From Pelomyxa schiedti (lineage: Eukaryota > Protista > Evosea), in contig JAHLWZ010000079.1 in assembly GCA_020536535.1 (NCBI GenBank), positions 23,469 through 87,468 of the forward strand: a DNA stretch of 64,000 bases, given 5' to 3'. Shown here one piece after another: positions 1 through 11,883 of this stretch (positions within the stretch are counted from its first letter, which is position 1; every line of letters starts with the position of its first letter). The notes under the pieces were generated by a model that made no database searches, was not told the origin of the DNA, and was given only the letters and a program-made list of their open reading frames with translations. The translations under genes were made by a program, and so were the position numbers.

Positions 1-3000
1 GGTCACAAAGTATAAATAAATATTGTTTCGTGTTTATACTATTTACTCACTTGTTGCTTTGCAAATATTGGGGATGTTGGTAGTGGTGGAGGAGTTTTAT
101 TTCTCACCTGCTGAAGTAACACAGCCAGTTCGTTACTGATGTCTCGTAGCTGGCATTGTGAATAGGGGAAAAAGAAGATGATATACCTCCGACGCTGTCA
201 CCATCTCTGTACTTTGGGGTTGCGTTGGCGGTTGTTGTAGGATGTGAGTTTTTTCAGTTGGAGGATTGAGTATTCCGGAACGATCTAAATTGAGATCTTA
301 AATTACAGGTGATGTTTAGAAGACCTGAATACTTGTGGAAGAGCCTATGTTTGCCATTCGCAAGTGCAAGAACCCGTTGCACACTACATGCTGCGTTTCC
401 TCTGGCCCAGCTTTCTATTAAACGTGAAAAGCCATATATGTGAATACGGTTGATTACCTCGAAGTTGGTTATATTATAGCATTGAGTCCGTTGAATTGCA
501 GGTGCTGCCTCTCGGAGTAGGTACTTGAGTTCAATGTGGCAACTACCTGCTAGACTTTGAGTATTGCACAAATGCTACTGGATACGGCGTTGTACCTAAA
601 TAAAACAGTGCATCACCGTCCCACACATCAATTTGTAAAAATTTTTCGTGCAAGTAATCAAGAAACTGTTTCCCTTGGCCCCAATAATGGGTCAAAAAGC
701 CAGGATTTTCTTTCTTTTGTAAGTAAAACAAAATTGTTACTCTAAAATAACCTTGGTTCATTTCATCTGGGAACAGCACATGAACGGCTTCATTGAGGTT
801 GTTGTTTTGTGTCGAAGGCTGCTTCAGGAAAAGTTTGCAGGTATACACTGGTGGATACCTCCAAAATCTGAAGGACAAAATAAGCGAGTGAAACTGAGGT
901 GCATCTGCGTTATGTAAGTTCGTATTCAAGGTGTGATTACTCTACTCTTTTTATCGGGGGAGTAGCCAATAAAAAGGAAAAAAATATCATTACAACAGCG
1001 CTTATCTGTGTATTCCAGGTTCATCTTGTATCTGATGATAGATTAAAGGGAAAAATACATTGCTTGAAAGATACACATAAGAGGAGTGAGGGAATTCAGT
1101 ATTACAGATGGGAGACCCATCTTCTGTTGTGAAAATAGGAAACGAGAGATCGCCGGTGCTGGGAGTTGGTGGTGCTGGCAAGTCTGTTGGCTTTCGTTTG
1201 CCTGAACTTGTTTAGATAAACAGGATTTTTTGTAGGCACCTGCAACGGTTTTCCTTGAGGACCCATGTGTACTACTGCTGACTTTTCGAGGGTTCCTTTT
1301 TGGCAAGGACACTGATGGTTCCACTTGCTTCTGGGGTGTTGGAGATGGCACTGGTGATGCTGGTGGGGAGAGAGCCGATGGTTCCATAGAAGAAGGAGAG
1401 TGAGCAACTCCGAACCCGAGGTAAAGAGGACTATCATAGAATTACAAACAAAGTAGCATCATAGAAGCAACTGTTTGGAGCAGAAAACCGAGGAAGAATC
1501 GAAAATCGACATTGAAGGCCCTGTTTGCAGCGTAATGGTTAACGAGGCACTGAATAAACACGTTAGTCCATCAGCAATCTAATCCCAGGTACTTGAGGAA
1601 TGTCTGTTTGTCTGAAAAAAATGGGACATAAGGAAACCAGCCAAGTACAACAGACAACTCTGAACTGGTGTTACCAACCACCGACTGTTGCGAACTTACA
1701 GGAAGAGGTACTCGAACTGCAAAAGGTTAGAAACATATTATTTAGATTGAAGAATATTACCAGTACACTCAAGTTGAAAAATGACTGCAAACAGGGGATG
1801 AGCAACAAAGTAAGGGAACATAATGCACTGGTCATACCATAACCCACCCCCACCACGATTGTAGAGAACACACTTTTCTGGAGGGGCAACAAAGGTATGA
1901 CCTGCAAGAACTTAGACACAGTTAAGCTTTGTAGATATCAACCATTGTGCACCCCAACTACAACTCTCTTCTCAATTATTGAAACAATTTGACCATCATT
2001 TTCTTGGAGACCTGTTTAATACCGTTAAAAAAAAGGGAACAAAAAAACCTGCAGATACCAAAAACATGCAACCTGTGTTGTTGGATGGCCTCAATTAATT
2101 CATCATCAAAATTTGGAGGCAATATCGCTTCTATAGTGCCAATTGCCAGTTCAGTGGTTGGCTTTTTTCTTTTAAACAACGAAAGAAAGCAATCAGACTC
2201 ACCACGAGAATAGGAGGAAAAAGAGGGGTTCTTAAGATGTCACAATGGGAGTATGGGGTAGGTTGAAAGTTTTTGGGAGGTTCCTTGTACTTTTTCAAAA
2301 CCCTTCTCAAACCTACAGAAGCAAGTTGAAAGGAACCAGAAGAGGTTCATTGTGTTACCTGGTATTACAGAATTTGAGCCAATAGGCTCATTTTCTCGGA
2401 TAAAGCAAATTGCAGGAGAAAATTTGGAAGCTAGACAGAGATTGTAGAATGCTTTGCTTCCAAGAAGTGGATTAAGCTGAGATCCTGGTAGATGTGACAA
2501 AAAATTGCAGTACTTGAGAATGTACTAAGATTATCAATGCCTTTGTTTGATACGACAAACATCAATGCCCGAGGAGTTCCAGCATAAATTGCATCACTGA
2601 ACTGAACTTGCCCTTTTGGAAGAGAAGACTTGTCCCTGTGAAAATTAGAGGTATGGTTTAAATGAGGAGGACCTACGCTAATCTGGTAGGATCTCCAAAA
2701 ACTGGTAAGATTGACCACCCAACAGAATATTCTTTGATTACTACTGAGTCAAGCTTGACTACATGTGTTACTTTCTCAAGTGATCAAAAACTCCAATACC
2801 TTGAACAACGTATTCGAGAATGGCCACGCAATTCTCATCAATGATAGATGAATGAAAGTAGACAGACTGGTTGTATACAACCCGTTCAAGGTTCCCGATG
2901 TTATTTCCCTCAGCCTGGAAGGATTAAAAAAAAAAAAAAAAAGAAGAAGAGTGAGAGGGAAGAAACAAACTGAAATCGGGTGACACTTGCTCTTTACCGA

Positions 3001-3711
3001 ATCGCTAATGAAGGTATTTCCAAAAAATTTCTTGGTGAAACAATCGAACATGGAAAAATGAAATTTGTACTCCACAGTCACAGAGCTTCCCCCCTGGGGG
3101 TGCAAGTTTTCAATCACTTCCATGTACTAGTTGAAGTATAAGCCGCAATTAAATTGCAGGCAGGATATTTATACCAACTCGGGAATCACAGGCACACCAT
3201 CAGCATAAACAACAGTCATACAATATGCCACAGTCCCACCCCCCCCAGGACCCTGCTGAGCTGACCCCAAGTCAAAAAAAAAAGGGGAAAAAAAAAAAAA
3301 AAAGGGAATCACATGCACACCATTGGGCAATATCTTTGGCGGGCTGCCAGCAGCATCAAGCGGTATGGACGGTAGCCCACTGGCGCTCCCGTAGAACGCC
3401 AGCCATTTTGCAGACAACCCCCCAGCCTGCTCCACGTACCACTGAAACGTGCCCCCCCCTTCTCCCCCGCCGCCCCCCCTGCCACTTGGTTGCCCACGCC
3501 GCTCCCCTCGCGGGCCGCTCCCCCGCGTGGGTTGCTCGTATGTGGTCCACCCCCCCAGCTGGTGCGTACCCCTGGGTGTCAGGGTCAGGCTGGGCGATGC
3601 CGCTGCCGTGGCATAGTCCCTGGGAGACCCGGACGGTGGCGGTACGCCTGTCCGCTTTCTGGAGGTCGCCGCTACTCCGGAGCCCCGGGATTGCCTTTGC
3701 CTTGGCTGCAT
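1..3711 (-). CDS. NPHP4: Nephrocystin-4 (ciliary transition-zone protein), multi-exon, 3' part runs off the window start
   Basis: Spliced exons give NPHP4 motifs in order: FSMFDCFTKKFFGNT, VYNQSVYFHSSI..VAILEYV, IYAGTPRAL, EKRVVVGVHNG|HTFV, FWRYPP, FLDYLHEKFLQIDVWDGDALFYLG, LKYLLREAAPA. The only ATG in exon 1 is at 3711. Confidence 0.85.
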
Positions 3712-3752
3712 TGTTTTTTTGGTTGGGTTTCGTGGCACGAGAAATCAGAAAC
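3712..3752. promoter_or_regulatory. 41-bp bidirectional spacer between the NPHP4 and THOC7 start codons, with central pseudo-palindrome TCGTG-G-CACGA (3730-3740)
   Basis: CAT at 3709-3711 and ATG at 3753-3755 flank the spacer. The palindrome is read directly from the sequence. Confidence 0.6.
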
Positions 3753-4684
3753 ATGTCCAACAAGCGGGGGGATGGACAGCCGGGACCGCAGCACGGAGTG
3801 GGCGCGGCGTCGGTGGCTACGACGGGGACGGCAACAGGGGGGGCGGCAGGGGTGGGCGACGTGGAGGACGGCGTTATTCGACTCAAGCTGCTGCTGAGGG
3901 AAATGAATTTGAGACGGTTCACAATAAAGTTTCTGGCTTGGTGCGAACTGGTGGACAAGAACACTGACCCCCATGACTGGTTTTTTTTTTTTTTTCCCCG
4001 CATTGATATGTTACTTTTGTATATAACCGGTTGCATCCAATTTACCTGTACAAAGCTATGAGTTGCAGCAAAGCCTTATTCGGGAGTTGAATATGTACGA
4101 GTTTGTCTTCCAGAAAGCAGACGTGGCACTCAAGACATATCAGGAAGAGAAAGAGGCCTATGACGCATTGTGTGCCAAAAGAGGTAACCTTCTCTTGACC
4201 GTTTATCACTGTCATAACTGTACTTATATATATAGTTGAGGAAATCGCTCAAATAGAAAGGGAAATTCTTGATTTAACGGTGTAGTACGCTCTGTGTACC
4301 CCCATTGTTGATGTCAATAAGGCTCAACTCGAAGATGAGAAAGTCAGCCTACAACATAACGAAGAGTATGCAGCCCTAAAACGCGCAATATCAGAGAGGC
4401 CCCCCTCCCAAGACTCTGAAAGGTTCCAATTTTTCTCACACATATCTTCGCATCACCAAACCCACAGAGAGATAGCCTCTCTCGAGAAAGAGCTGGCAGA
4501 TTTGCAGCAGAGTGCCGAAGATGTTTCAATCAAGTTAGACACTAGGTCAAAACAGTTTGCACTTCTTATGCACGCACTGTCCCAGCTTTCATCTGACGTG
4601 GTATGTGTTTCGATTCCAAGAAAAGTTCTAACGTTAAAACCTCTGTAGGCACCCACTACCACTGACACTAACATGAGGGACTGA
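3753..4684 (+). CDS. THOC7: THO complex subunit 7 (Mft1/THOC7), 6 exons
   Basis: Spliced peptide EDGVIRLKLLLRE...LIRELNMYEF...QHNEEYAALKRAI...LDTRSKQFALLMHALSQL matches the THOC7 coiled-coil pattern. All introns are GT-AG; the TGA is at 4682-4684. Confidence 0.8.
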
Positions 4685-5517
4685 ACAACGAAAAAATTGG
4701 ACATCTTTTCTTCGCATCCTGCATGATGATATAATATTTTTCTTGCGTTTGGACAGTTTGAAAGAAGAAGAGGAACGGAGAACCCGCAAAGGGGGGCCCG
4801 TGTTCGTACCGCCTTACGTGGTGTAAGATTGGGGCGGTTAGAGCTTTTCCGTGTACATTCGCGAATCCCGCGGTTTCTTGATTGTACACTGGACAAAATT
4901 CCGCCCCCGGTCGAGCTTTGGTCGGAATAGGCATTAGATCATTGATGTCTCGAAGATCACAATAGGAATTTGCCGTGAATGCGTTTCCAATCCGGAATAA
5001 ACAATCCGCTAATGGACCATTAGCGGTAAAAGGTACCCGGCCAAACTCCACAATAATTTACAACACAGTACAGTGAATATGAGAAAAGAACATGGTACCA
5101 AGAGGTGAAGAAAGAACAAAAAAACAAGCAAAGTTGTGTCGAGGGAAAAAAAATAAAAAATAAAAACTTCACAACAAACCAAGCAACACGCACACCCTGC
5201 AACACACCAACACCCCATAAAACAACAAATCAATTAATTCAAAGAGGTTCTGTGTAGTCAACACCCCGCATTCCCAGCAAGGAAACGATACCTGTGAGAA
5301 TTTGTGAGGAGAAGTAAAAAAAGTAAAAAAAATCCCCAACGACGATTTGCGCCACGGGGGTAGTACCAACTGTCGTCAGCTGACTTGCATCCACGATATC
5401 ACTGTGTGACACACACTCGTGCCGTATCCGTATACATACTGCCACGCCACACCAGTGAGCGTTGGTTCATTCCACCACGTGCCTGTTGTCACTGTGGTTA
5501 CTTCGTTCATTTCAGCA

Positions 5518-7964
5518 ATGTGGAGAGATACGACTACAAATAGCGGCAGCGGCGGCGGCAGCGGCAGCGGCAGCAGCAGCAGCAGCAACGCCAACATTAA
5601 CACTGGCGGCGGTACTGGTGGTGTTGCGCCACTCAACGCCAATACCAGCGCAACAGTAAGCAGCACGAGCACCACCATGAGCAGCAGCAGCAGCAGCAGC
5701 AGCGGAGGCGGCGGCAGTGGAAGCACATGGGGGCAGCTGCCTGCCTTGACAGAGGAGGATGTACGCCGGATTGGGAGAGGAGTGACTGGGGGAAACGTTG
5801 GAGCTCAGACGCCGCTGAATGTGAATGTGGCTGTGGACGTGGTCTCGTCTGGGCCCCCACTGCTCCCACACAGCACCAGCATCGTAAGTCAGGGAGGCAC
5901 CACGACCAGTACTGCTCCTATGCCCAGGCAGCGCCCTCCAGGAGCGTTTTCAGTACCCGCATTCCTACGAGTATGTACACGCCTTGTGTGTTGTTTGTTT
6001 GTTGCGCTTTTTTTTTTTTTTTTTTTTTTTTTGATTTGTTTCTTGTTCCACATGGGGCATTGAGAAGGGTGCATTGAAGGAGTAAGTACTTACTTGCGAC
6101 AAATCGTTTCGTGATTGTCATTCTCTGCTGGTTTTTTTGTCTTCCTTTCCTTGTGTTGCAATGCCTGATGTACTGTTTACCAGCGAACTCACTTCCTCTA
6201 CGTTTCCTCGTACAGACTTATCTACCCGATTTATTAGAATCACCACAATTTCGACCTTATACACAACCTCTTGTATTCAACGGGAGACAGATGTCTACAT
6301 CAGAGCCCCCACCTCTCACCAACAACCAAATTCAGCGGATCACTGACCACGTTATGGCTCACACTCCTCCGACTGATAATCAGACTGAAAAGCTTGAACT
6401 CGTAAACAAACTAGAAGAAATGCAGAGACATCAAAATTCAGAATTCACTTCCAATGTGCCTGCACACGGTCCAGCGCGGCCTCCTTTTATTCCTGAGGCT
6501 GAGAAAGTTGTCAGAAGCGACCTTCTTTTCACTCTCCCTCAGGAGCTTCGCTCACCCACACTCCCTCCAAGGATTCCACTTTCATCTTACTTTGCTCCAT
6601 GGGGAGAAGATAGTAGATCCCCAATAGAACCAATTCCCTGCACCCAGCTTGAAGTCACGCTATCTTCCTATAAGATTTTCAAACACAAGAAATTTCAGGT
6701 AGAAACCATCCCAATTTCCCTCTCTTAACCCCAACACAGATGTTCATTAAGATTGATAGAATGCTGAAGCAGAAACTCTGTTTGTCCAGTGATGATATCC
6801 TTTTGGCTGGATTGACTGCGAAATGCTGCAGAGAAAACTCCAATGAAGGTTCTCCGGATTGTTTTTTTTTCATCACTTCTTACGAATGAAGAGGTCGAGA
6901 ACTGCAGGATATGTGCTCCTAATCGCAAAGTTGTTACCATTGGAGTTTCGTCTCAGTCTCCATTTCAACCTACATCAGCTATAAGCAGCAATACAAACAA
7001 CCCCATGGATGTTTTCGTGTTTGACGACTGCAAGTCTAATTGCTCTTCTTCAAGGTAACCTCTTGAACCCATTAGGTGGGTTATTCACAAAAAGCAGGGA
7101 TCACTTGCACGCATCCTTGACCTTAGTGGTGGAGTTGCAACCTGGGGCTACAATTAGGTCCCCTCCTTTCGTGTTGCAAGCAAGGGCGGCCCAGAGCCGA
7201 ATACCAAGTATAACTCTTTTTCTCTGACTAACCTTCACTAATTGAACCGTAAGAATCTAAAACCACATCCTCTACGCAAGTATCCTCAAGAGGGAAACGG
7301 AAGCATGTCTCAGGTTCCCTGGTTTCCCCTCCCCTAACATCATCCGATCCGGCCGCGAGTATGATGAATGAAACAAGCCCATTTGTTTATACCTCAAGCA
7401 CAAGCACCACACCCACAAGCACACCCTCAAGCTCCACAAGCACACCAATAACAACAACCACAGGCGTAAGCACACCAATCACCACCACCACACCCATAAC
7501 AACCACCTCAGCCGCACCATCCCCGGGGATTATAAGCTCCCCCTCGCCCGGCCATACATTTACACCAGACCAGCTCCTGGATCAGCCGCACCACCCCGGC
7601 TCTGACACCAAGTGCTACGGTAAGACATGTATCCCTCTGACCTACCCTAAGGCTAACCCCTACCCAGTTTTCCTTCATGTGCTGCAAACCGGAACAGTCG
7701 ATTCCGATAAACCAGACATCAGAGACTTTCAGACGTTAACCCGAAATCTTCCCGGTTTCATTCATTTTGAAGACCGGTCGCTAGCAGGTTTATTGCCGCA
7801 TCCGGTTTGTTCTCTTTTACTGATTGCCGGCAATAGGTGGGATGGTGATACTATTCCATTTCTTTGACAGCGTAATGCACGCTACCTCCGCTATGCAAAT
7901 CGTTAACACCTACTTTGATAACCACAAACAATTCACAGTGCAGGCTGTTGTCCAAAGTTGGTGA
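5518..7964 (+). CDS. CudA-like (amoebozoan) transcription factor with low-complexity N-terminus and a C-terminal small alpha/beta domain; 5' exon structure uncertain
   Basis: CRIC..RKVVTIG...FVFDDCKSNCSSSR|DHLHASLTLVVEL..IRSPPFVLQAR resembles the CudA/ECudA core (C-x-SSR-x-HL). The last exons read PVFLHVLQ..LPGFIHF..|MVILFHFFDS..VVQSW*. Confidence 0.55.
5542..5717 (+). repeat. (AGC/GGC)n trinucleotide tracts encoding Ser/Gly runs
   Basis: agcggcagcggcggcggcagc... at 5542-5587 and (agc)n at about 5680-5703. Confidence 0.85.
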
Positions 7965-8038
7965 GAAATCCACCAACAACCATTTTTGACTGTACAAAGC
8001 TGAACAAAGAAACACTTTTTACAAAAAAGCCCTTATGT

Positions 8039-9390
8039 TTAGTGGTCATTGTTGCTCTCTGTGGAGGGAGCAACATTTGGGGTTGGTTTGTTTGTTGAGT
8101 CATGCTCTTGTGCTTGTTGTGCTTGCAGTAAGGCTTTCTCTCTTTTTTGCCGCTCAGCAGCTGCTGCCAGTCTACCAAGTACTTGCCTTTCATATGTCAA
8201 ATGAGACTGAAGAGAGATTCCGGGCTCTCCTTCACTAGCACTCGTTGAACTTGTTGTACTGCTTGTACTAGTGCTCGCTGAGGTAGTGGTTGAACTTGTT
8301 GCCGGGACTGGTGTGTCAGCAGGTACATGGGACGGTGGTGGAGCAGGTTTTGACGGGAGCGATTCACTTTTTTGGACAAGAATAATCTTCAATCTGTTAT
8401 CTTCAAATCCAGATTCGCTAGATGCCAGTTTCTATTGCTAATGAGAATGCATAAAAACTAGTATGAACATACTGCACTTTCTAGCTTTGCAAAGGATACT
8501 ACGGCACTCCCGCCCTTTGCAGCCATCAGCAATGCATCAATGGTGCCGTATTGACTGAAGAGTGCTTGTAGGTGTTCCCTGGTGTATAAATGTGTTGTTG
8601 GTGATGCTTTTGTGCTCCATCTTACCTTGATTGTTCCACCCTGATCTGTTGTGTTGTTGGGATTAGAGGTGTCTACGTTTTTTCATCCTTACCAGGCGGA
8701 GACTTTACAGTCGTGGAGGCAGTGGGAATAATGTTTGCAGTGGGTTGTTCAGCGGCTTGTTGTTTCTTTTTCTGCAACATTCTCTCGTAACCCTCACGCT
8801 TTAACCGCATAATCTATGTACAGTAAGGACAACACAGGGGAAAAAAGAGAAAAAACCAACTGTGGCAGATGGATATTACCTCTGCTTCAAGTCTCTTTCT
8901 AGCTTGCTCTTCTTCATTTCTAGAGCGCTTAGCGGCTCTCTCTCTTTCAAGAAGACCTTTTATATATAACTATGGTACAAAAGTTCCCAATAGTACATAC
9001 TGTCTGCCATGCGTTTTCTCGACTCGTCAGCGAAAACGGTCCGCTGCTGCCGAGCACTTTTCGCAGCAATAAGAGCGTCATAAGCTTGCCTCGCCGCCTG
9101 ATCAAGAAGAATTTCCTTAGCCTTCTTAATTTGCATGAATATCTCCGCTAGGAGCGGTTAGACAAGACAGTACATAAGTAAATAATATTATGCAATAAAA
9201 ATCAAAAATCCAACGAACCAGCACGAGGGTTGCCCTTGTTCTTATCGGGGTGGTGGATCTTTGCCTTCTCCTTATACGCAGTGTTTATCTGCTGCGGGGA
9301 CGCGTCCACCGGCACCCCCAACAACACATACAGCGACACATCGTCCGGAATACCGCCCAACAGCCCAGCCCCCGGTGGCCCCCCGCTCAT
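8039..9390 (-). CDS. DNAJC17: DnaJ + RRM spliceosome-disassembly co-chaperone (Cwc23/DNAJC17)
   Basis: J-domain LYVLLGV..HHPDKN, ILLDQAARQAYD; RRM IKVRW..LQALFSQYGTI..AVVSF; C-terminal TYERQVLGRLAAAAERQ. Confidence 0.85.
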
Positions 9391-9469
9391 CTCCTCAGTG
9401 TCTTCTTTTTTTTAATTTTTTATTTTACTTCAAAAAAAATAGGGTTTCCAAATTGAATATTCCATGAGA

Positions 9470-11636
9470 TTAGTGGGAGGAGCGGTGTGAGGAAGTCGTT
9501 GTTGTGGATGCTGTTGTGGTGGTGCAGTTTGGTGACCCACCGGTGGTACGGTCTATGACTGGGACTGCAGGCTCAAAGCATACTGTTGAGACATAAGCGT
9601 CGACCAAGTACTTCTGCTTGATGAGGGCGTCTCGCCACTCGGTAGTTTCGGCGTTGGTGGTGCCGGAGACATAGAATACCGGCGCACCGGAATTGGTGCT
9701 GCTCTGGTCGCTCATTCCGATGACGAGGCGAAGTGACGTCTGGCCCTCGTGTGAAACTTCCTCGATTGCGCATTCATAGAGTGGAATCTTCACAACAGTT
9801 TTCTGTTGTTGTGTAAGAATGGCCGGATATAGCCGAAAAGTACACACATCTCTAAAAGTGTTGTCATATAAAGTGACAACTCCTTGACAGCAGTGTGCCC
9901 AGAAAAGGCCACGTGCAACGTGGCTTTCAACCTTGATGGGCCCTTCTTTTTCCTACCGAGATATAATCGTTAGAAAGGAAGTATTTGTGGCTTGTTTTAT
10001 CAGTTCCAAACCTTTGTCGGTGTTATTGGCATAGCTGTGGCGTTATAATGATTGCATGACGCTTTGATTGCAGCCATCCACTCGTCACAGATTTCTTTGT
10101 TTTCTGCCTATCTTGATAATTGATATGCAAAAAATCCATACGCCAATATACCTTTAATATTATAATTCTGCCAGGGAATTCTATTCCAAAAGCGTGGTGA
10201 TGTATGTTTGGGGCTGGGTATACTGTGCAGGCAAGCTGTTTGTGGTGAGGTTACTACTTTAGGGGAACATACCTTCAAACAGTAAACGTTATCGCTTCCC
10301 CCAGTTGTATTTACATCCTCAGGTCTGTTAAGTTCCTTCTCGCCCAGTGTCTGTGAGGCCCAGTACCTAAGAAAAGGAATCAATATCTTTTTTCCTGTCT
10401 GATAATAAAACGCATACGAAAGAGAGTAATTCTTAAGTACAAAGAACCTTTTTTTCCAATTCTTAGTTGGACCCTTGTCCCCTCTCTTCCAAAGGAACCC
10501 TAGGTATTTCTTATAGGCAAAGAGTAGCACAATGTTGAAATGTACCAGAGAGAAGAGGATTTGGAAAAGGTGGTGGTACTAGAGGTGCTTTCCCTGAATT
10601 TGGATCAGACGGGTCGTTTGGCGGTTTTGAAGTCAGAGCAGAGTACCAGGCTTGTGTTTCCTGCCCAGCATTCAGTAACATCATAATTTATGAACAAAAG
10701 TACCAGTTGAGAATCGCCACACAACAAGCACTTGCCGTCTCCAACTTGAAGACAAATTATACTGGAATTTGATCGTCTTAGGTCATTTGTGAGCACCTCC
10801 TTGTGAAGGTCACCTAATCGTACTAGGGAAATGAGAGTGTGAGACATTGGCTGAATCAACGCAAGGGTTGGCGTTTCTGCCGCTGTCTGAAAGTCACAGT
10901 GAAATAAAGTACATAAATTTCTTGAGTACCATGATTTTCTGTCCAAGGCAAAGTACGTTTCTACTCACTATAAGTCTAGCCCATTCTCTTGACCAGCGCT
11001 GGCTCCCTGGCTGCATAACCCACAACCATCCCTCTCTGCTTGGCTTGAATGCGTGGTATAGTTGTACAATATAGGTGAATATCTGTGGAGAATCTGAATT
11101 AGGCTGAATGCAACGTTAAAATAACCATACAAGCCTCTTATCTTTCATGTCGTCAATTCCCAGTAGTCTGGGAATGCCGATCTATAACCAGTAAGAGTTG
11201 AGTGTGGAAAAAAAAAACAACCTTTTCTGCAATAGAAAAGGCAAGATTAAGAGTTTCATGTGGATTCATGGTAGGTAGTCGAGAAATATCAATTAAGTCC
11301 TGGAGGTATATGAGAGTTATATGCACCCCTTAGGCTGGTGGGTAACTTACAGGTCGCGACCATTGCAGAAAATGATACAACAAACTACAAAAAGCACCTC
11401 CACTGAGCCAACTTCAATACTGTTAAGAAAAAGATAAAGAACCACAAAGCAGGTGGATTTTGGTTTTAGGAACATGGGTGCACTCACCTCTCACCAAAGT
11501 CCACGACGTTTACACCGTGCTCCTTGGCAATACCTCTGCACCACAGCATCAGGCCCATCTATTCCCTGTTCGTCAGTCTTTAAAACGACGGTTCGTTGAC
11601 GTTTAAAACCTTGCCGCGCTCACCACCGTTCGCCAT
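9470..11636 (-). CDS. Calponin-homology (type 2) domain plus three PH domains
   Basis: CH: GLMLWCRG..VNVVDFGESWLSGGAFCSLL..LAFSIAEK|IGIPRLL..IFTYIVQLY. PH1: REGWLW. PH2: GFLWKRGDKGPTKNWKKRFFVLK. PH3: KEGPIKV..IPLYEC..TEWRDALIK. Confidence 0.75.
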
Positions 11637-11883
11637 GTTTTCGTTTGGTGATTTCTTCGCCCCTTTAAGCTCAGTGAAGTGAACCAGCTAGACAATCTCA
11701 CACAGTGATCGGAACACCTGGAGTGGCACTCCAGGGTATCGTCTGGTTGCTGGCTGGGGCTCTGAGGAGAGTGTCAGTTTTCACCCAGTTTTCCCGCACT
11801 TCCAATGTTCCGGTAATCATCCTTCGGCTAAGGGGAAGAAGAGGAAAAAAAACCTTGGGGTCTGGGGTGTCGGTGATACAGGG

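Noticed and set aside
545-600. U12-type intron suggested by GTATCC on the - strand (also at about 8495 and 32917)
   Set aside because: Protein homology places the donors elsewhere; these hexamers are intron-internal or coding. I found no AT-AC intron.
3225-4061. Long overlapping or antisense ORFs in GC-rich regions (also 27279-27860, 42721-43329, 61585-62307)
   Set aside because: These are shadows of real low-complexity exons in stop-poor sequence, with no recognisable domains.
5025-5037. U5 snRNA loop 1-like CCTTTTACC on the - strand
   Set aside because: It lacks the invariant G (GCCUUUUAC) and the flanking stem.
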